From Escherichia coli (GTDB lineage: Bacteria > Pseudomonadota > Gammaproteobacteria > Enterobacterales > Enterobacteriaceae), in assembly GCF_051903065.1 (NCBI RefSeq), contig NZ_CP178438.1: a stretch of DNA of 64,000 nucleotides, one strand, 5' to 3'. Each line of letters opens with the position of its first letter. Within the stretch, counting starts at the first letter, position 1. This document shows, piece by piece, positions 27,741 to 37,664 of the stretch. The notes beneath the pieces were generated by a model. The model saw only the letters and a list, made by a program, of their open reading frames with translations. It had not been told where the DNA came from and searched no databases. The position numbers and the translations under genes are program-made.

Positions 27741-29183
27741 TTACTGTTCTGCCGTGAGTTTTTGTTCCAGTGCTTCCAGCAGGGACGGCTCCCATTCGGA
27801 TAGCATCATGTGTAATCCTGTTCTGAAGAGCATCCGGTACTGCTGTTGTGCAAGCTGAACCATACCGGCTTCTTCCAGTAACTGCGCGCCGAAAAACTGG
27901 CGGTGAAACTGGTGGCGGGGATCACCCTCGGGCAGGTTTTCCAGGTACCGCAGCGCGGCTTCCAGCCCTTTTTCATCAAAGCACGCCCTGGCCGCCTGTA
28001 ATTCTTCATCGGTCTGTACAACCGGGGTGGTCTGGTTGGCTGAGCCGGATGATGCCAGCCACTGTTTCGTCTGTTCGGACACAAACGGAGTGCGGTCGTT
28101 AAACAACAGGTTGATCAGTGCGGGCAGGCGGGCCAGAAACCCGGTAACTTCATCACGAATAGCATCCGCCACCTGTTTATAACCGAGGCGCAACGCGGTC
28201 TGTGCTGAGAGGTAATGGCCGTCCAGCCAGTACGGGGCCAGCAGCAGGCTTTTTTCCACCTGCTGCCATAGCGCCATGTCGGCATTGTTCAGCCGCGCCA
28301 GGTAATCATCCATCATATCGACAGGGAAGGCTGCCAGTGGGGTCCGTCCATCGCTTTCTGCCTGCGGAGTACTGGTGATGGTCTGCCACAGCGCATGGCG
28401 GCGCAGTCGGTAACCCTGCGGTGACTCCGGCTGGCGCTCACAGAGAATGGCTGCCACCTTCAGCAGGGTGTCGCGCCATGCTTTATCGTCGTGGCTGTCA
28501 ACAGTGACTTGCGGGACTGGAGTGGCTGCAGCAGGAGGCTGAGCGGCAACCGTGTGCGGTGACATATCCGGTACAGATCCGGTCGTGGCCTGCGGCGCAC
28601 TGGCGGCGGTTCGTGCCGATGATGGCATTTCAGGCGCGACATCACGAAACGCGCGCTGAAACAGGGCAAATAAATCGTCTGTCGCCTTAGCCAGCTCCGG
28701 CGCGTTGTGCGCCTGCCAGCACTGTGCCAGTTTTGCCAGCTCTCCCAGCAAAGCATCGCGCTGTGTTGTCGCAGCATTCCCGGCAAAGTCCTGAACGGCA
28801 GACTCAAAGCGTTTTATCACCTGGGCGGCAAAGCGTTTTTTGTGGGCCATGTTCTGCGGTGCGGCGCATGTCCAGTAGTGCTCTGTATATTGTGCCAGCA
28901 TCCTGGAGGCCAGCAGAATATCACCGGCATGTTGCAGGGTACGCAGCAGGTGGGCCAGCAGGCGAAAATCTTTGGTTTCTGAGGCCAGAAGCATCAGGCC
29001 CCGGCGCTGAAGTTCGGGGATATCAAGCTGGCTGTGCGCCAGTGAGCCGAGCTTGACGATTTCGCTGTCGATAAACTCCCAGTCTGCATTACCATCATCA
29101 AGCGCGGCGGACAGCTTATCTTCCGGCAGGTTTTCCAGCAGGTGTGCAAGCCATACATCAGGATTACGTAAGTCCATTGCCAT
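27741..29183 (-). CDS. tssA: T6SS protein TssA (ImpA family); probable start at MAMDLRNPDVW
   Basis: ORF 27741..29249; ImpA_N-like region (IPELQRRGLMLLASETKDFRLLAHLLRTL). Confidence 0.75.
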   Translation of the reverse strand: MAMDLRNPDVWLAHLLENLPEDKLSAALDDGNADWEFIDSEIVKLGSLAHSQLDIPELQRRGLMLLASETKDFRLLAHLLRTLQHAGDILLASRMLAQYTEHYWTCAAPQNMAHKKRFAAQVIKRFESAVQDFAGNAATTQRDALLGELAKLAQCWQAHNAPELAKATDDLFALFQRAFRDVAPEMPSSARTAASAPQATTGSVPDMSPHTVAAQPPAAATPVPQVTVDSHDDKAWRDTLLKVAAILCERQPESPQGYRLRRHALWQTITSTPQAESDGRTPLAAFPVDMMDDYLARLNNADMALWQQVEKSLLLAPYWLDGHYLSAQTALRLGYKQVADAIRDEVTGFLARLPALINLLFNDRTPFVSEQTKQWLASSGSANQTTPVVQTDEELQAARACFDEKGLEAALRYLENLPEGDPRHQFHRQFFGAQLLEEAGMVQLAQQQYRMLFRTGLHMMLSEWEPSLLEALEQKLTAEQ

Positions 29184-29187
29184 ATTC

Positions 29188-29931
29188 TTATTCTCCCGCC
29201 CAGTGGCAGGCGTCGCGTAGCGGCGCAATAACCCGTGCCAGCCCGTCAATGTTAAAGGTCAGCTTTCCGGCGGCGTTGTCTGCGCCGGTATCCACCGTCA
29301 GCGTTTTTGCGCCGAACAGTTGCTTAATTTCATCAATCCCGGATAACCCCCTGCTGGACTCCAGCAGGGTGCCGTTCTCGCGCACAAACCAGTGGCTGCG
29401 CAGTGCCCGTGTGTCGGCATTCAGGGTGACGGCGATATCGTGGACATCCAGAGGGTGCATCAGCGCCACCTGCATCCGGGTAATATTGTCCACGCAACTG
29501 AACATCAGCACCGGGCGTGGCGGAACATGGCCGATAGCCGGGGTGGTTATCACCACCGTCGGGCGTTCCCCCGGCACCTGCGTCACCAGCAGCTCCGTGG
29601 TGTTGCCCTGGCGGCGTTTTTCCTGCTCTGTGGCGCGGGTCCAGGCTTCGCCCACAAAGCTGGCTTTGACCAGTGCGGCGTTGCCGAAGCCGGGCTGTTC
29701 CGGCGCAAGAATGCGGTCATAACAGTCAAGCCGCTCCAGCGCCGCAGACTCCCGCCGACAGGACTGCATGGCCTGTAACGTAGCTGTCGCATCCGGCGGG
29801 GTCGTGGTGGCGACGGCGACCGCCACACCGGCCATTGACGATGTTTCTGCGGGCGCGGCACTGGCCGGTAAGCCCGCCATCAGGCCCGCGATAAACCATC
29901 CTGTCTGCCGGAAAACGCGCAACCTGCTCAT
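29188..29931 (-). CDS. VasI-like T6SS-associated periplasmic protein
   Basis: 247-aa ORF with signal peptide (AGLMAGLPASAAPA); sits between clpV and tssA as vasI does in V. cholerae. Confidence 0.55.
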   Translation of the reverse strand: MSRLRVFRQTGWFIAGLMAGLPASAAPAETSSMAGVAVAVATTTPPDATATLQAMQSCRRESAALERLDCYDRILAPEQPGFGNAALVKASFVGEAWTRATEQEKRRQGNTTELLVTQVPGERPTVVITTPAIGHVPPRPVLMFSCVDNITRMQVALMHPLDVHDIAVTLNADTRALRSHWFVRENGTLLESSRGLSGIDEIKQLFGAKTLTVDTGADNAAGKLTFNIDGLARVIAPLRDACHWAGE

Positions 29932-32660
29932 AAAACCATTTCATCCTCTGTGACGGACTCGTCGTCCTGAGCATCTTCCACGTCTGCCGTGAATGCACCG
30001 TCTGCCGCCGACAGGCGGATGCGGGCAATCGCCGTGTTAGCCGCCATTTTCTGCAACAACAGCAGCGAGAGCGGCGGCAGCATGTCGCCGTCGATGACCG
30101 ATTCGAGCATCCTCGCGCCGTTTTCCGCGCGGGTGACACGGCTCATGATTTCGTCCGTCACTTCCGGCTCAATAACCACCTCCGCGCCAAAGCGGCTGCG
30201 CAGCACGTTATCCAGGCGGGCCAGTTTCCCGGCGATGATGGTGGCGAGCGTCTCTTTCGACAGCGGCAGGTAAGGCACCACCTCCATTCGCGCAAGCAGG
30301 GCAGGTTTAAAGAAGTCAGCCAGCACCGGATAGAGGGCTTCCTGCATGGTCTCCGGGTCATCCGCGTGTTCGACAATCATCTGGTAACCGAGGTTGGAGG
30401 TGAGGAAGAAGACGATATTCTTACAGTCAATCAGGCGGCCTTCGCCGTCTGCCATCTCGCCCTTGTCGAACGCCTGGTAGAACAGGTTGAGCACATCCGG
30501 GTGCGCTTTTTCCACTTCATCGAGCAGTACCACCGAGTAGGGTTTCTGGCGGATGGCTTCAGTCAGTACGCCGCCTTCGCCATAGCCGACATAGCCCGGA
30601 GGGGAGCCAATCAGCCGCGAGACGGTGTGCTTCTCCTGGAACTCGGACATATTGATGGTGGTGAGGTACTGGCGACCGCCGTAGAGCAGCTCTGCCAGTT
30701 GCAGGACGGTTTCGGTTTTACCCACGCCGCTGGGGCCAGCCAGCAGGAACGCGCCGAGCGGGCGTCCCGGACGGCGCAGGTCGGCGCGTGCGGTCAGCAG
30801 GTGTTTATGCAGGCTGGCAATTGCCAGGTCCTGGCCTTTGATGGTGTCACCAAGCCACTTCGGCAGGTCGGTGATGACCGACATTTCATTCTGCGACAGG
30901 CGGTTAAGCGGTACGCCGGTCCATTCGGCAATCACCGCCGCAATCTGTTTTTTATCGACGTGCGGGGAAACCAGCAACCGGTCGTTATGCAGGGCGTCCA
31001 GTTCGGCAGTGAGTTGTACTAGCTGCTGCACCGGGGAAACTGTTTCAGCGGTCTCTTCCGGCTGTGTACTGCCCGCATCATCAGCCGGTGCGGTACCGGT
31101 ATTATCCTGTTCTGACTCTGGCGGCGTATCCACTACGGCATCTGTGTCCTCTGTCACACCCAGCAATAGCTGGCGCAGCGCGATAATTTCCCGTACCAGC
31201 GTCTGCTGCTGGTGCCAGGCCGCTTCCAGTTCATCCAGCGCCGTCAGCGTTTCATCGTACTGCACCAGCACCTCAGTCATCCGTGAAGTGTCGGTACGCA
31301 GCCCGATGCGAAGCTCGCGCTCAAGCTGGCGAATTTCCGCCTCCTGCTGGTGGCTCAGGGTGGTCAGCGCCGAGATTTGCTTCGGTGGCGATGACAGGTT
31401 GATTGCAACACGTGCGCAGGCCGTATCCAGCACATCAATGGCTTTGTCTGGCAACTGACGCCCGGAGAGATAACGCTCACTTAATGTCGCAGCGGCCTGC
31501 AAGGCGTCATCATCAATCAGCACACCGTGAGACTGTTCATAGACCGAAGAGAGGCCGCGCAGAATAATGGTGGCTTCGGCAGCACTGGGTTCACTGACCT
31601 TCACCAACTGGAAGCGACGCGACAGGGCGGCGTCTTTCTCGAAGTATTTTTTGTACTCGCTCCAGGTGGTGGCGGCGATGGTTTTCAGCTCGCCACGCGC
31701 CAGTGCCGGTTTGAGCAGGTTGGAGATATCCAGCCCGCCCTGCTGGTTGCCCGCGCCAATCAGGGTATGCGCTTCGTCGATAAACAGAATGACCGGCACC
31801 GGAGAGGAAATGACCTCCGCCATCAGCCCCTTGAAACGTTTTTCAAACTCACCTTTCACCGATGCTCCGGCCTGCAATGCGCCCAGGTCAAGAGTCATGA
31901 TATCGGTGTTTTTCAGCTTATCCGGCACCTGCCCTGCCACGATGCGCAGCGCCAGCCCTTCAATCAGCGCGCTTTTGCCCACGCCGGCTTCGCCCACCAC
32001 CACCGGATTGTTTTTACGGCGGCGGCAGAGAATGTCGATCATCAGGTCGATTTCGTGGTCGCGGCACAGTACCGGGTCAAGTTTTCCGTTACGGGCGTCT
32101 GCGGTCATGTTTTTGGCGTAGCGGGCCAGCAGGGTGTCGCTGGTTTCCGTTGCGCGGGGCGTTTGCCCGCCAGCCAGATCCACGGATTCGGCGGATTCTT
32201 TTGTCCATGCGGCGAAATCCTGCTGTAACTGGTCGCGGTTTATGGCCGTCAGCAGACGGGCAGCAGCGGGTGGAATATAGCGCAGCGGTGAATGCAACAG
32301 AGTAAGCAGCAGGACGCCGCTGCGCAGTTCGCTGTGCTGCATCTGGGCTGAGGCCAGCAGCCATGACTCCTTGAGCCATTCGATCAGCATCGGGGAGAAG
32401 CTGGGATAGCCATCGGCGGAACGTCCGCCGGGATAACTCTCCACGGTCAGCGCCTGGCGTAAATCCTCCGCACTGATGCCTGTGCGTTCGGCAATCACCC
32501 TTACGTCGTTGCGCGGGATTGCCAGCATCTGTAACAGCACATGGGCAACGGTGATCTCACTGGCCTGCTGGCTCATACACTCCGAGGCAGCCACTTCCAG
32601 CGCCTGTTTTGCAAAGGGGTTAAGCCGCTTTACCAGCGTGGCTAAATCAATCTGGATCAT
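29928..32660 (-). CDS. clpV: T6SS AAA+ ATPase ClpV (TssH)
   Basis: 910-aa ORF; two AAA modules with Walker A GEAGVGKS and GPSGVGKT; ClpB-like N-domain. Confidence 0.9.
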   Translation of the reverse strand: MIQIDLATLVKRLNPFAKQALEVAASECMSQQASEITVAHVLLQMLAIPRNDVRVIAERTGISAEDLRQALTVESYPGGRSADGYPSFSPMLIEWLKESWLLASAQMQHSELRSGVLLLTLLHSPLRYIPPAAARLLTAINRDQLQQDFAAWTKESAESVDLAGGQTPRATETSDTLLARYAKNMTADARNGKLDPVLCRDHEIDLMIDILCRRRKNNPVVVGEAGVGKSALIEGLALRIVAGQVPDKLKNTDIMTLDLGALQAGASVKGEFEKRFKGLMAEVISSPVPVILFIDEAHTLIGAGNQQGGLDISNLLKPALARGELKTIAATTWSEYKKYFEKDAALSRRFQLVKVSEPSAAEATIILRGLSSVYEQSHGVLIDDDALQAAATLSERYLSGRQLPDKAIDVLDTACARVAINLSSPPKQISALTTLSHQQEAEIRQLERELRIGLRTDTSRMTEVLVQYDETLTALDELEAAWHQQQTLVREIIALRQLLLGVTEDTDAVVDTPPESEQDNTGTAPADDAGSTQPEETAETVSPVQQLVQLTAELDALHNDRLLVSPHVDKKQIAAVIAEWTGVPLNRLSQNEMSVITDLPKWLGDTIKGQDLAIASLHKHLLTARADLRRPGRPLGAFLLAGPSGVGKTETVLQLAELLYGGRQYLTTINMSEFQEKHTVSRLIGSPPGYVGYGEGGVLTEAIRQKPYSVVLLDEVEKAHPDVLNLFYQAFDKGEMADGEGRLIDCKNIVFFLTSNLGYQMIVEHADDPETMQEALYPVLADFFKPALLARMEVVPYLPLSKETLATIIAGKLARLDNVLRSRFGAEVVIEPEVTDEIMSRVTRAENGARMLESVIDGDMLPPLSLLLLQKMAANTAIARIRLSAADGAFTADVEDAQDDESVTEDEMVL

Positions 32661-32669
32661 AAGATGTCC

Positions 32670-33443
32670 TTATCGGAGTAATTTATTGAGCTGATGCAGA
32701 ATATCCTGTGTCTGGCTGTCCAGACGCAGCAGATAAAACAGATAAAATACGGCCAGCACAACAAGACCTCCGCACATTACATGCCTGATGGTCAGCCGCC
32801 GGATTAACTGATAACGCCCACCCTGTATGTTGTTCTTCTGGTGAAGCAGCGGAAATGGCGCATCGCCGCGCAGTTTGTGCAGGGCATGGTGCAGGCGCTG
32901 GTAGATCCGCTCAAATTCATCCTGTTGCTGAATGGCAACCTTGTAGCGCCCGCGAAAGCCGAGCGAAAAACAAAGGTATAAAAATTCCAGCAGATCCTGG
33001 TAACGTACCGGCTCCCGGATAAGGCGTTCGAGCAGGATAAACACTTTCTCGCCGCCCCAGGCTTCGTTATGAAAATGAACCAGCAGCGACTGTTTGATCC
33101 ATTCGTTTTTGTTGGACCAGCCGTTGCCCAGCGCCGCTTCATCAATAAACGTGCAGAGAATGTAACGGAACGAAACAATGACGCCCGGTTCGTATCCCTG
33201 TTCCTGGAGTAGTTGTTCTACGGCCTGGACATCGGTTACCACCTGGGCAAACAGATGTTCTGGCATGGCCTGGCTGTTCATGGTGGACAGACGCATCACC
33301 ATGCCGAGCAACGGCGTGGCGGCGTCAATCATTGGGTTCAGGCTGTTGCCGCGAAGGGCGAGACGGTACTGACGTCCTGATGTTCCGCTCTCCGGCTCCA
33401 TGGGAAAAACCGACGGTTCACCCATACCGCTGATATCGCTCAT
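32670..33443 (-). CDS. tssL: T6SS membrane protein TssL (DotU family)
   Basis: 257-aa ORF with single C-terminal TM helix (VMCGGLVVLAVFYLFYLL). Confidence 0.8.
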   Translation of the reverse strand: MSDISGMGEPSVFPMEPESGTSGRQYRLALRGNSLNPMIDAATPLLGMVMRLSTMNSQAMPEHLFAQVVTDVQAVEQLLQEQGYEPGVIVSFRYILCTFIDEAALGNGWSNKNEWIKQSLLVHFHNEAWGGEKVFILLERLIREPVRYQDLLEFLYLCFSLGFRGRYKVAIQQQDEFERIYQRLHHALHKLRGDAPFPLLHQKNNIQGGRYQLIRRLTIRHVMCGGLVVLAVFYLFYLLRLDSQTQDILHQLNKLLR

Positions 33444-33447
33444 TCAC

Positions 33448-34794
33448 TTATCCCCTTATCGCCCAGAGCTGAAGGTTCAGATCGGGGAAGGTGCCGGAGA
33501 TATGCAGCGCCAGCGCGCCCGCTTTTATCACGTCCTGCCAGGCTGGGGTGCCTTTTTCCAGTTCGAAGTAAACATAACCTTCATGCCAGGGCAACTGACG
33601 CGGCGCAGCGGTAAGCGTGTGCAGCGGAATACCCGGCACCTGCACGCTGACCACGCTGCGGATTTTGTCGGTAGCGGCCACTTTCGACTGCTGGATGAAC
33701 TGGCGTTGTACCTGGTCGTAGGGCATCCTGGCGCGCACTGCCAGTACCAGCTTGCAGGACTGCAACAGTGTGGGATCGTTGATGGTGGCGATCCAGGTCC
33801 CCTCTGAAAAGAACAGCGGCAGATTCTGCGCACGCGGCACCAGTACGGTATTGAGCGCGCGCCGCAGTTCCGGGATCACGGTTCTGGTGAAGGTCGCGGT
33901 AAGATCCCTGTGATTATATGGCTCCACGGTGCAGGGCAGGCGATTACCTTCGGTAAAGGTCATCAGTTCTCCCAGCAGCCCCACCAGATCCCGGTAGAAG
34001 GCTTCCGGATGCAGCGTGTGCAGTTGGGAACGATGCGTGAACTGCATTTGATGGCGGTTAAGCATCTGCAACATCATAAATTCGGCTACATCGGCGATCC
34101 CGCTCTGTTCAGGCGAACCAATGCGCCCGGCCAGGTCAGCGGCGCGGGTGGCAAGCAGTCCCTGCACCTCGCCGGAGAATGCCCCGAGCAACCCGCTGAC
34201 ACGGACGGCCTGAATGGTGGGAATAAAGGTGTTGTCCAGCACCAGCGCGCCGGTGGCATTTTTATTGAGGATAAGGCACAGGGGGAGAGTCACCATCGCG
34301 CTGAGATCATCTGCGCCGCTGACTATCCTGGGGATCAACTGTCCCAGACCGACTGGCTGTTCGTCGCCTTCGTCAGTGTGAAAATCACGGACGCGGGTAT
34401 GGGTGAGGCGGTAACGCTCCGTACCCTGACCGGCGCTGTGCAACCCCTGGATTTCATTGATCACGTCGCTTATCACCGGCAGCGCCAGATAAATACTGTG
34501 GCTCTCTTTCGATGAAAGGGTTCCCGGCTGGAAAGGTTCCGGCAGCAGATCTTGGTCGGGAATACTGAATACGGTGCCGTCAGGCATGCAGCCCGCCGCA
34601 CGGTCAATCATAATTTTGCCCTGAGCAAGCAGTTCGGTATTGATGGAGAGTTCCGTAAAGCCCCAGAAAAAATCACCCAGTGCATCCAGACGACGGGTCA
34701 GCAGGTACTCGCAGTGACGCTGCTGTTGCTGAAAATGCTGCGGCAGGGCAAACAGCCCTTCCTGCCAGATCACCTTGTTTTTCATTGTTGCCAT
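33448..34794 (-). CDS. tssK: T6SS baseplate protein TssK
   Basis: 448-aa ORF; N-terminus KVIWQEGLFALPQHFQQ typical of TssK. Confidence 0.85.
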   Translation of the reverse strand: MATMKNKVIWQEGLFALPQHFQQQQRHCEYLLTRRLDALGDFFWGFTELSINTELLAQGKIMIDRAAGCMPDGTVFSIPDQDLLPEPFQPGTLSSKESHSIYLALPVISDVINEIQGLHSAGQGTERYRLTHTRVRDFHTDEGDEQPVGLGQLIPRIVSGADDLSAMVTLPLCLILNKNATGALVLDNTFIPTIQAVRVSGLLGAFSGEVQGLLATRAADLAGRIGSPEQSGIADVAEFMMLQMLNRHQMQFTHRSQLHTLHPEAFYRDLVGLLGELMTFTEGNRLPCTVEPYNHRDLTATFTRTVIPELRRALNTVLVPRAQNLPLFFSEGTWIATINDPTLLQSCKLVLAVRARMPYDQVQRQFIQQSKVAATDKIRSVVSVQVPGIPLHTLTAAPRQLPWHEGYVYFELEKGTPAWQDVIKAGALALHISGTFPDLNLQLWAIRG

Positions 34795-34796
34795 CG

Positions 34797-35321
34797 TCAG
34801 TTTTCCTCTTTTTTCATCTCAATCGCACTGGCGCGGATGTGCACCAGCAGGCGATAGTGGTGGCCGATACTTTCTACCGGCTCAATTTGTTTCCATTCTG
34901 TGGACTGGTCGTCTGAAAAATAGGCAATGACGCCGATATAACCGGTTTTCTCATCCAGCTTGATCGGCGGCAGTGTTTTTACGGTATCCGGCAACAGGTT
35001 GAAGTCCTGGTGATCGATATAGTTTTTCCCTAGCACGTCGGGCAGCGCGGTGGTGGCAACCTGGTCGTAGTCGGCGGCCTGGAATTTGGAGTCGTCGCTC
35101 AGATAAATCAGCTGGACATCCACCGGCGCGGCTTCGCCGTCCGCCGTCAGGTTGCTGTCCGGCTCGGTCAGCAGCGTGACGGTTAGCTCGGTTGACTGAT
35201 CCATCAGCTTTCCGACCTGAATATCCGGATTGCGGATCACCTGGCTGATTTTTTTCGCTGTTTCACAGCCAGTTAATACGACGCTCATCAGAACGCAGGC
35301 CAGAAACGCTTTGCCGTTCAT
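34797..35321 (-). CDS. tssJ: T6SS outer-membrane lipoprotein TssJ
   Basis: 174-aa ORF with lipobox VVLTGCET. Confidence 0.8.
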   Translation of the reverse strand: MNGKAFLACVLMSVVLTGCETAKKISQVIRNPDIQVGKLMDQSTELTVTLLTEPDSNLTADGEAAPVDVQLIYLSDDSKFQAADYDQVATTALPDVLGKNYIDHQDFNLLPDTVKTLPPIKLDEKTGYIGVIAYFSDDQSTEWKQIEPVESIGHHYRLLVHIRASAIEMKKEEN

Positions 35322-36610
35322 GCTTCCGGCTCCCGCTGTTTTTCTCGCAGCACCCGGTCATAGACCTGGGCATAAACTTCATTGAACAGCATTTCAAATC
35401 CTTGCTGTCGGCTGGAGGCCAGCTCATCGTAATAGTTGCTGTACATCTGCCATGCCCAGGCGTCGTCCATTTTCTGGCGCAGTTCATGGCTGCGGCGGTA
35501 TTGCGCAAAGCGGCGCATCAGGTTGCCCGGCGAGAAGGCCTCCAGCATGACACGCAACGCTTCCACAATCGCCGCCCGGTTAGCCTCTTCATGATGCCGG
35601 ATGTTGCGCAGGCTTTCGCCGATGGCCGCGGGTGCTGCGAGATGTACCGGACTTTTACCCTCAGCGAACATGACGTTCAGCGCAGTGGCGTAGTCCATAT
35701 CAAGGCGAAGCGGGTTGTCTTCCAGTGGACGCAGGTGTTTATCCGACAGGCTGTTCTGTTGTTGTTGCAGGCTCAGCAATCCCTTAATGGCAGCCTGCAA
35801 CGCCCGTCCGGCCTCTTCGAGAAACTCATCCGCATCCTGAGAATCGTGCAGCGTCAGCGGGCACTCCATACCGCGCAGCAGCGGGGTCACGGCCAGGTGG
35901 TACTGCGCCATGGCAGAAAATTCATCGTCGTCCTCATAACGGGCATTGCCGGGCGGCAGATCCATAAACGGCGTATTGATCCCGTTTGCACCTGTCAGTT
36001 CGGAGGCGAGGGCGACGGGCCGGGAAACGCGTGGTGCGATCGGATCATCTGCCACCATCAGGCTTTCCGTCTGGAGTGCCTGGAGCGGATCGCTGGAAAA
36101 ACCGTGCGCCACCGTGGGGGCAAGCTGATGCTGGAACGGCATTCCCGGATAGGACGGTTGTCCCTCGGTGGTCAGCAGGGTGTCCGCCAGACTGTCGCGG
36201 TTCATCACAATCGTTTCCGGGGTTGCCATCCGCTCGTCGTAGGTGACAGCCGCGCCGTCATGCAGAAACGCTTTCAACGCCAGTGCACCGAGCTGGATCT
36301 CATCCCCTTGGCGCAGGCGGATGAGCGCACCGGAAGAAACCGGGGCCAGATTAATCATCAGTCCCGGCGTCAGGCACCGCAGGCAATAGGCTCCGTCGTG
36401 CCGGATAACGGTACAGGCACGCGCAGCAATGCTTCCCGCCCGATCCTGTACCTGCCAGTGACATTCCGGCGTATGACCAATATCACCGCCGTTTTCGCTG
36501 AACAGGCATTTTGCGGCGCGTCCGCTTTCCAGTTCGTTGCCATTCATCACCTGTAAAGTCAGTGAGGCCTGGCGGGATTGCTGTTTTTCCTCAGCCATAA
36601 GTGGTTCCAT
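35318..36610 (-). CDS. tagH: T6SS-associated FHA-domain protein TagH; ORF-track start 36760 is an extension
   Basis: Start MEPLMAEEKQQ placed 4 nt after the tssG stop; FHA-like N-terminal region. Confidence 0.65.
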   Translation of the reverse strand: MEPLMAEEKQQSRQASLTLQVMNGNELESGRAAKCLFSENGGDIGHTPECHWQVQDRAGSIAARACTVIRHDGAYCLRCLTPGLMINLAPVSSGALIRLRQGDEIQLGALALKAFLHDGAAVTYDERMATPETIVMNRDSLADTLLTTEGQPSYPGMPFQHQLAPTVAHGFSSDPLQALQTESLMVADDPIAPRVSRPVALASELTGANGINTPFMDLPPGNARYEDDDEFSAMAQYHLAVTPLLRGMECPLTLHDSQDADEFLEEAGRALQAAIKGLLSLQQQQNSLSDKHLRPLEDNPLRLDMDYATALNVMFAEGKSPVHLAAPAAIGESLRNIRHHEEANRAAIVEALRVMLEAFSPGNLMRRFAQYRRSHELRQKMDDAWAWQMYSNYYDELASSRQQGFEMLFNEVYAQVYDRVLREKQREPEA

Positions 36611-36614
36611 AGAA

Positions 36615-37664
36615 TTATTCCCTGATTCGGATGGTGATGGCGGGCGGTACTTTCGGCTGACCAATAAAGCTGGTTCTGCCGAGGCGGGAGCTGGCCGGAT
36701 CGCCAAGGCGCATCCCTTTAGCCTGCTGTGGTGCCAGGCACAGCCGTAAATCCCAGGCAAACTGGTCGCGCAGAATAAAGGAAAGGAACATGGTCAGCGG
36801 CAGGTGATTTTCGCCATCGGGTAAAAATGAGAGATAACGCTCCCGCGACAGGTTGCCAATCTGCAACAGAAATTTTCCGCTGCGATCCGGCACCCGTGCG
36901 CCGAGCGTAAAATTAACGCCAAGTATGGAGCGTCCGGGAATATGTCCAGCCGTTTTTCCTTTCGGATTACGTACACCCAGCCGGTTCTGGTGTGCCGAAT
37001 CAATGGCGACTTTACGTAGTTGCCAGCGTTCAATGGTGACATCCGGCAAATCAAAACAGTGCGACACCAGATTACAGATAACCTCCGGCGCGCGGCCTGG
37101 TGTTGCCAGAATTCCGGCGTAAGCCAGCATTTTGCTGTGGTTAATGGCAAGCCTGTCACGCACGCTCTGATTACCCAGCCCGACCAGCGCGTACATGCGC
37201 TGTGAAAAGGTGTCAGTGCCGCCATTACGAAAGCAGATGTAGTAGCGGTATTTGCGCCAGGCATGATAGGCAAACTGTGTCCAGCGGTGGCTGAACAGAT
37301 CGAGAAATTCTTTAAGGCCGTCTTCGTTCTGTGCGGACTCCTGCGCCATCTGATCCAGATAATAGCCCGGTAGCGGCGACTGGCTGCCGGAAAAGCCCAG
37401 GAAACGGGTTTGCAGTACATACTGTCCGTTCTGGCTACGGGAAAGCACACTCAGGTCCGTACCCGGAAAACCGATATTGGCGTCAGAGCTGAAACGCACG
37501 ATCTCTTGGGCTGGCTCGGTACGCAGGGAAATATCCTGGCCCGGAGCGCCATACCGACGGTACAGCGCCTCCATCAGCACATAGAAATTGCAGTTGCGCA
37601 CATCCGCCGATAACGGCGGTTTTACCGCTATATAAGGGCGTGCTGACCCATTTTCTCCTGCCAT
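36615..37664 (-). CDS. tssG: T6SS baseplate protein TssG (start uncertain, ORF overlaps tssF by 37 nt)
   Basis: 349-aa ORF following tssF. Confidence 0.75.
   Translation of the reverse strand: MAGENGSARPYIAVKPPLSADVRNCNFYVLMEALYRRYGAPGQDISLRTEPAQEIVRFSSDANIGFPGTDLSVLSRSQNGQYVLQTRFLGFSGSQSPLPGYYLDQMAQESAQNEDGLKEFLDLFSHRWTQFAYHAWRKYRYYICFRNGGTDTFSQRMYALVGLGNQSVRDRLAINHSKMLAYAGILATPGRAPEVICNLVSHCFDLPDVTIERWQLRKVAIDSAHQNRLGVRNPKGKTAGHIPGRSILGVNFTLGARVPDRSGKFLLQIGNLSRERYLSFLPDGENHLPLTMFLSFILRDQFAWDLRLCLAPQQAKGMRLGDPASSRLGRTSFIGQPKVPPAITIRIRE

Noticed and set aside
30366-32228. Plus-strand ORFs antisense to clpV (30366..31022, 30838..31458, 31527..32228) and similar ORFs antisense to tssM, tagH and tssF
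   Set aside because: They overlap well-supported conserved genes on the opposite strand and have biased, low-complexity composition; no RBS or motif support.
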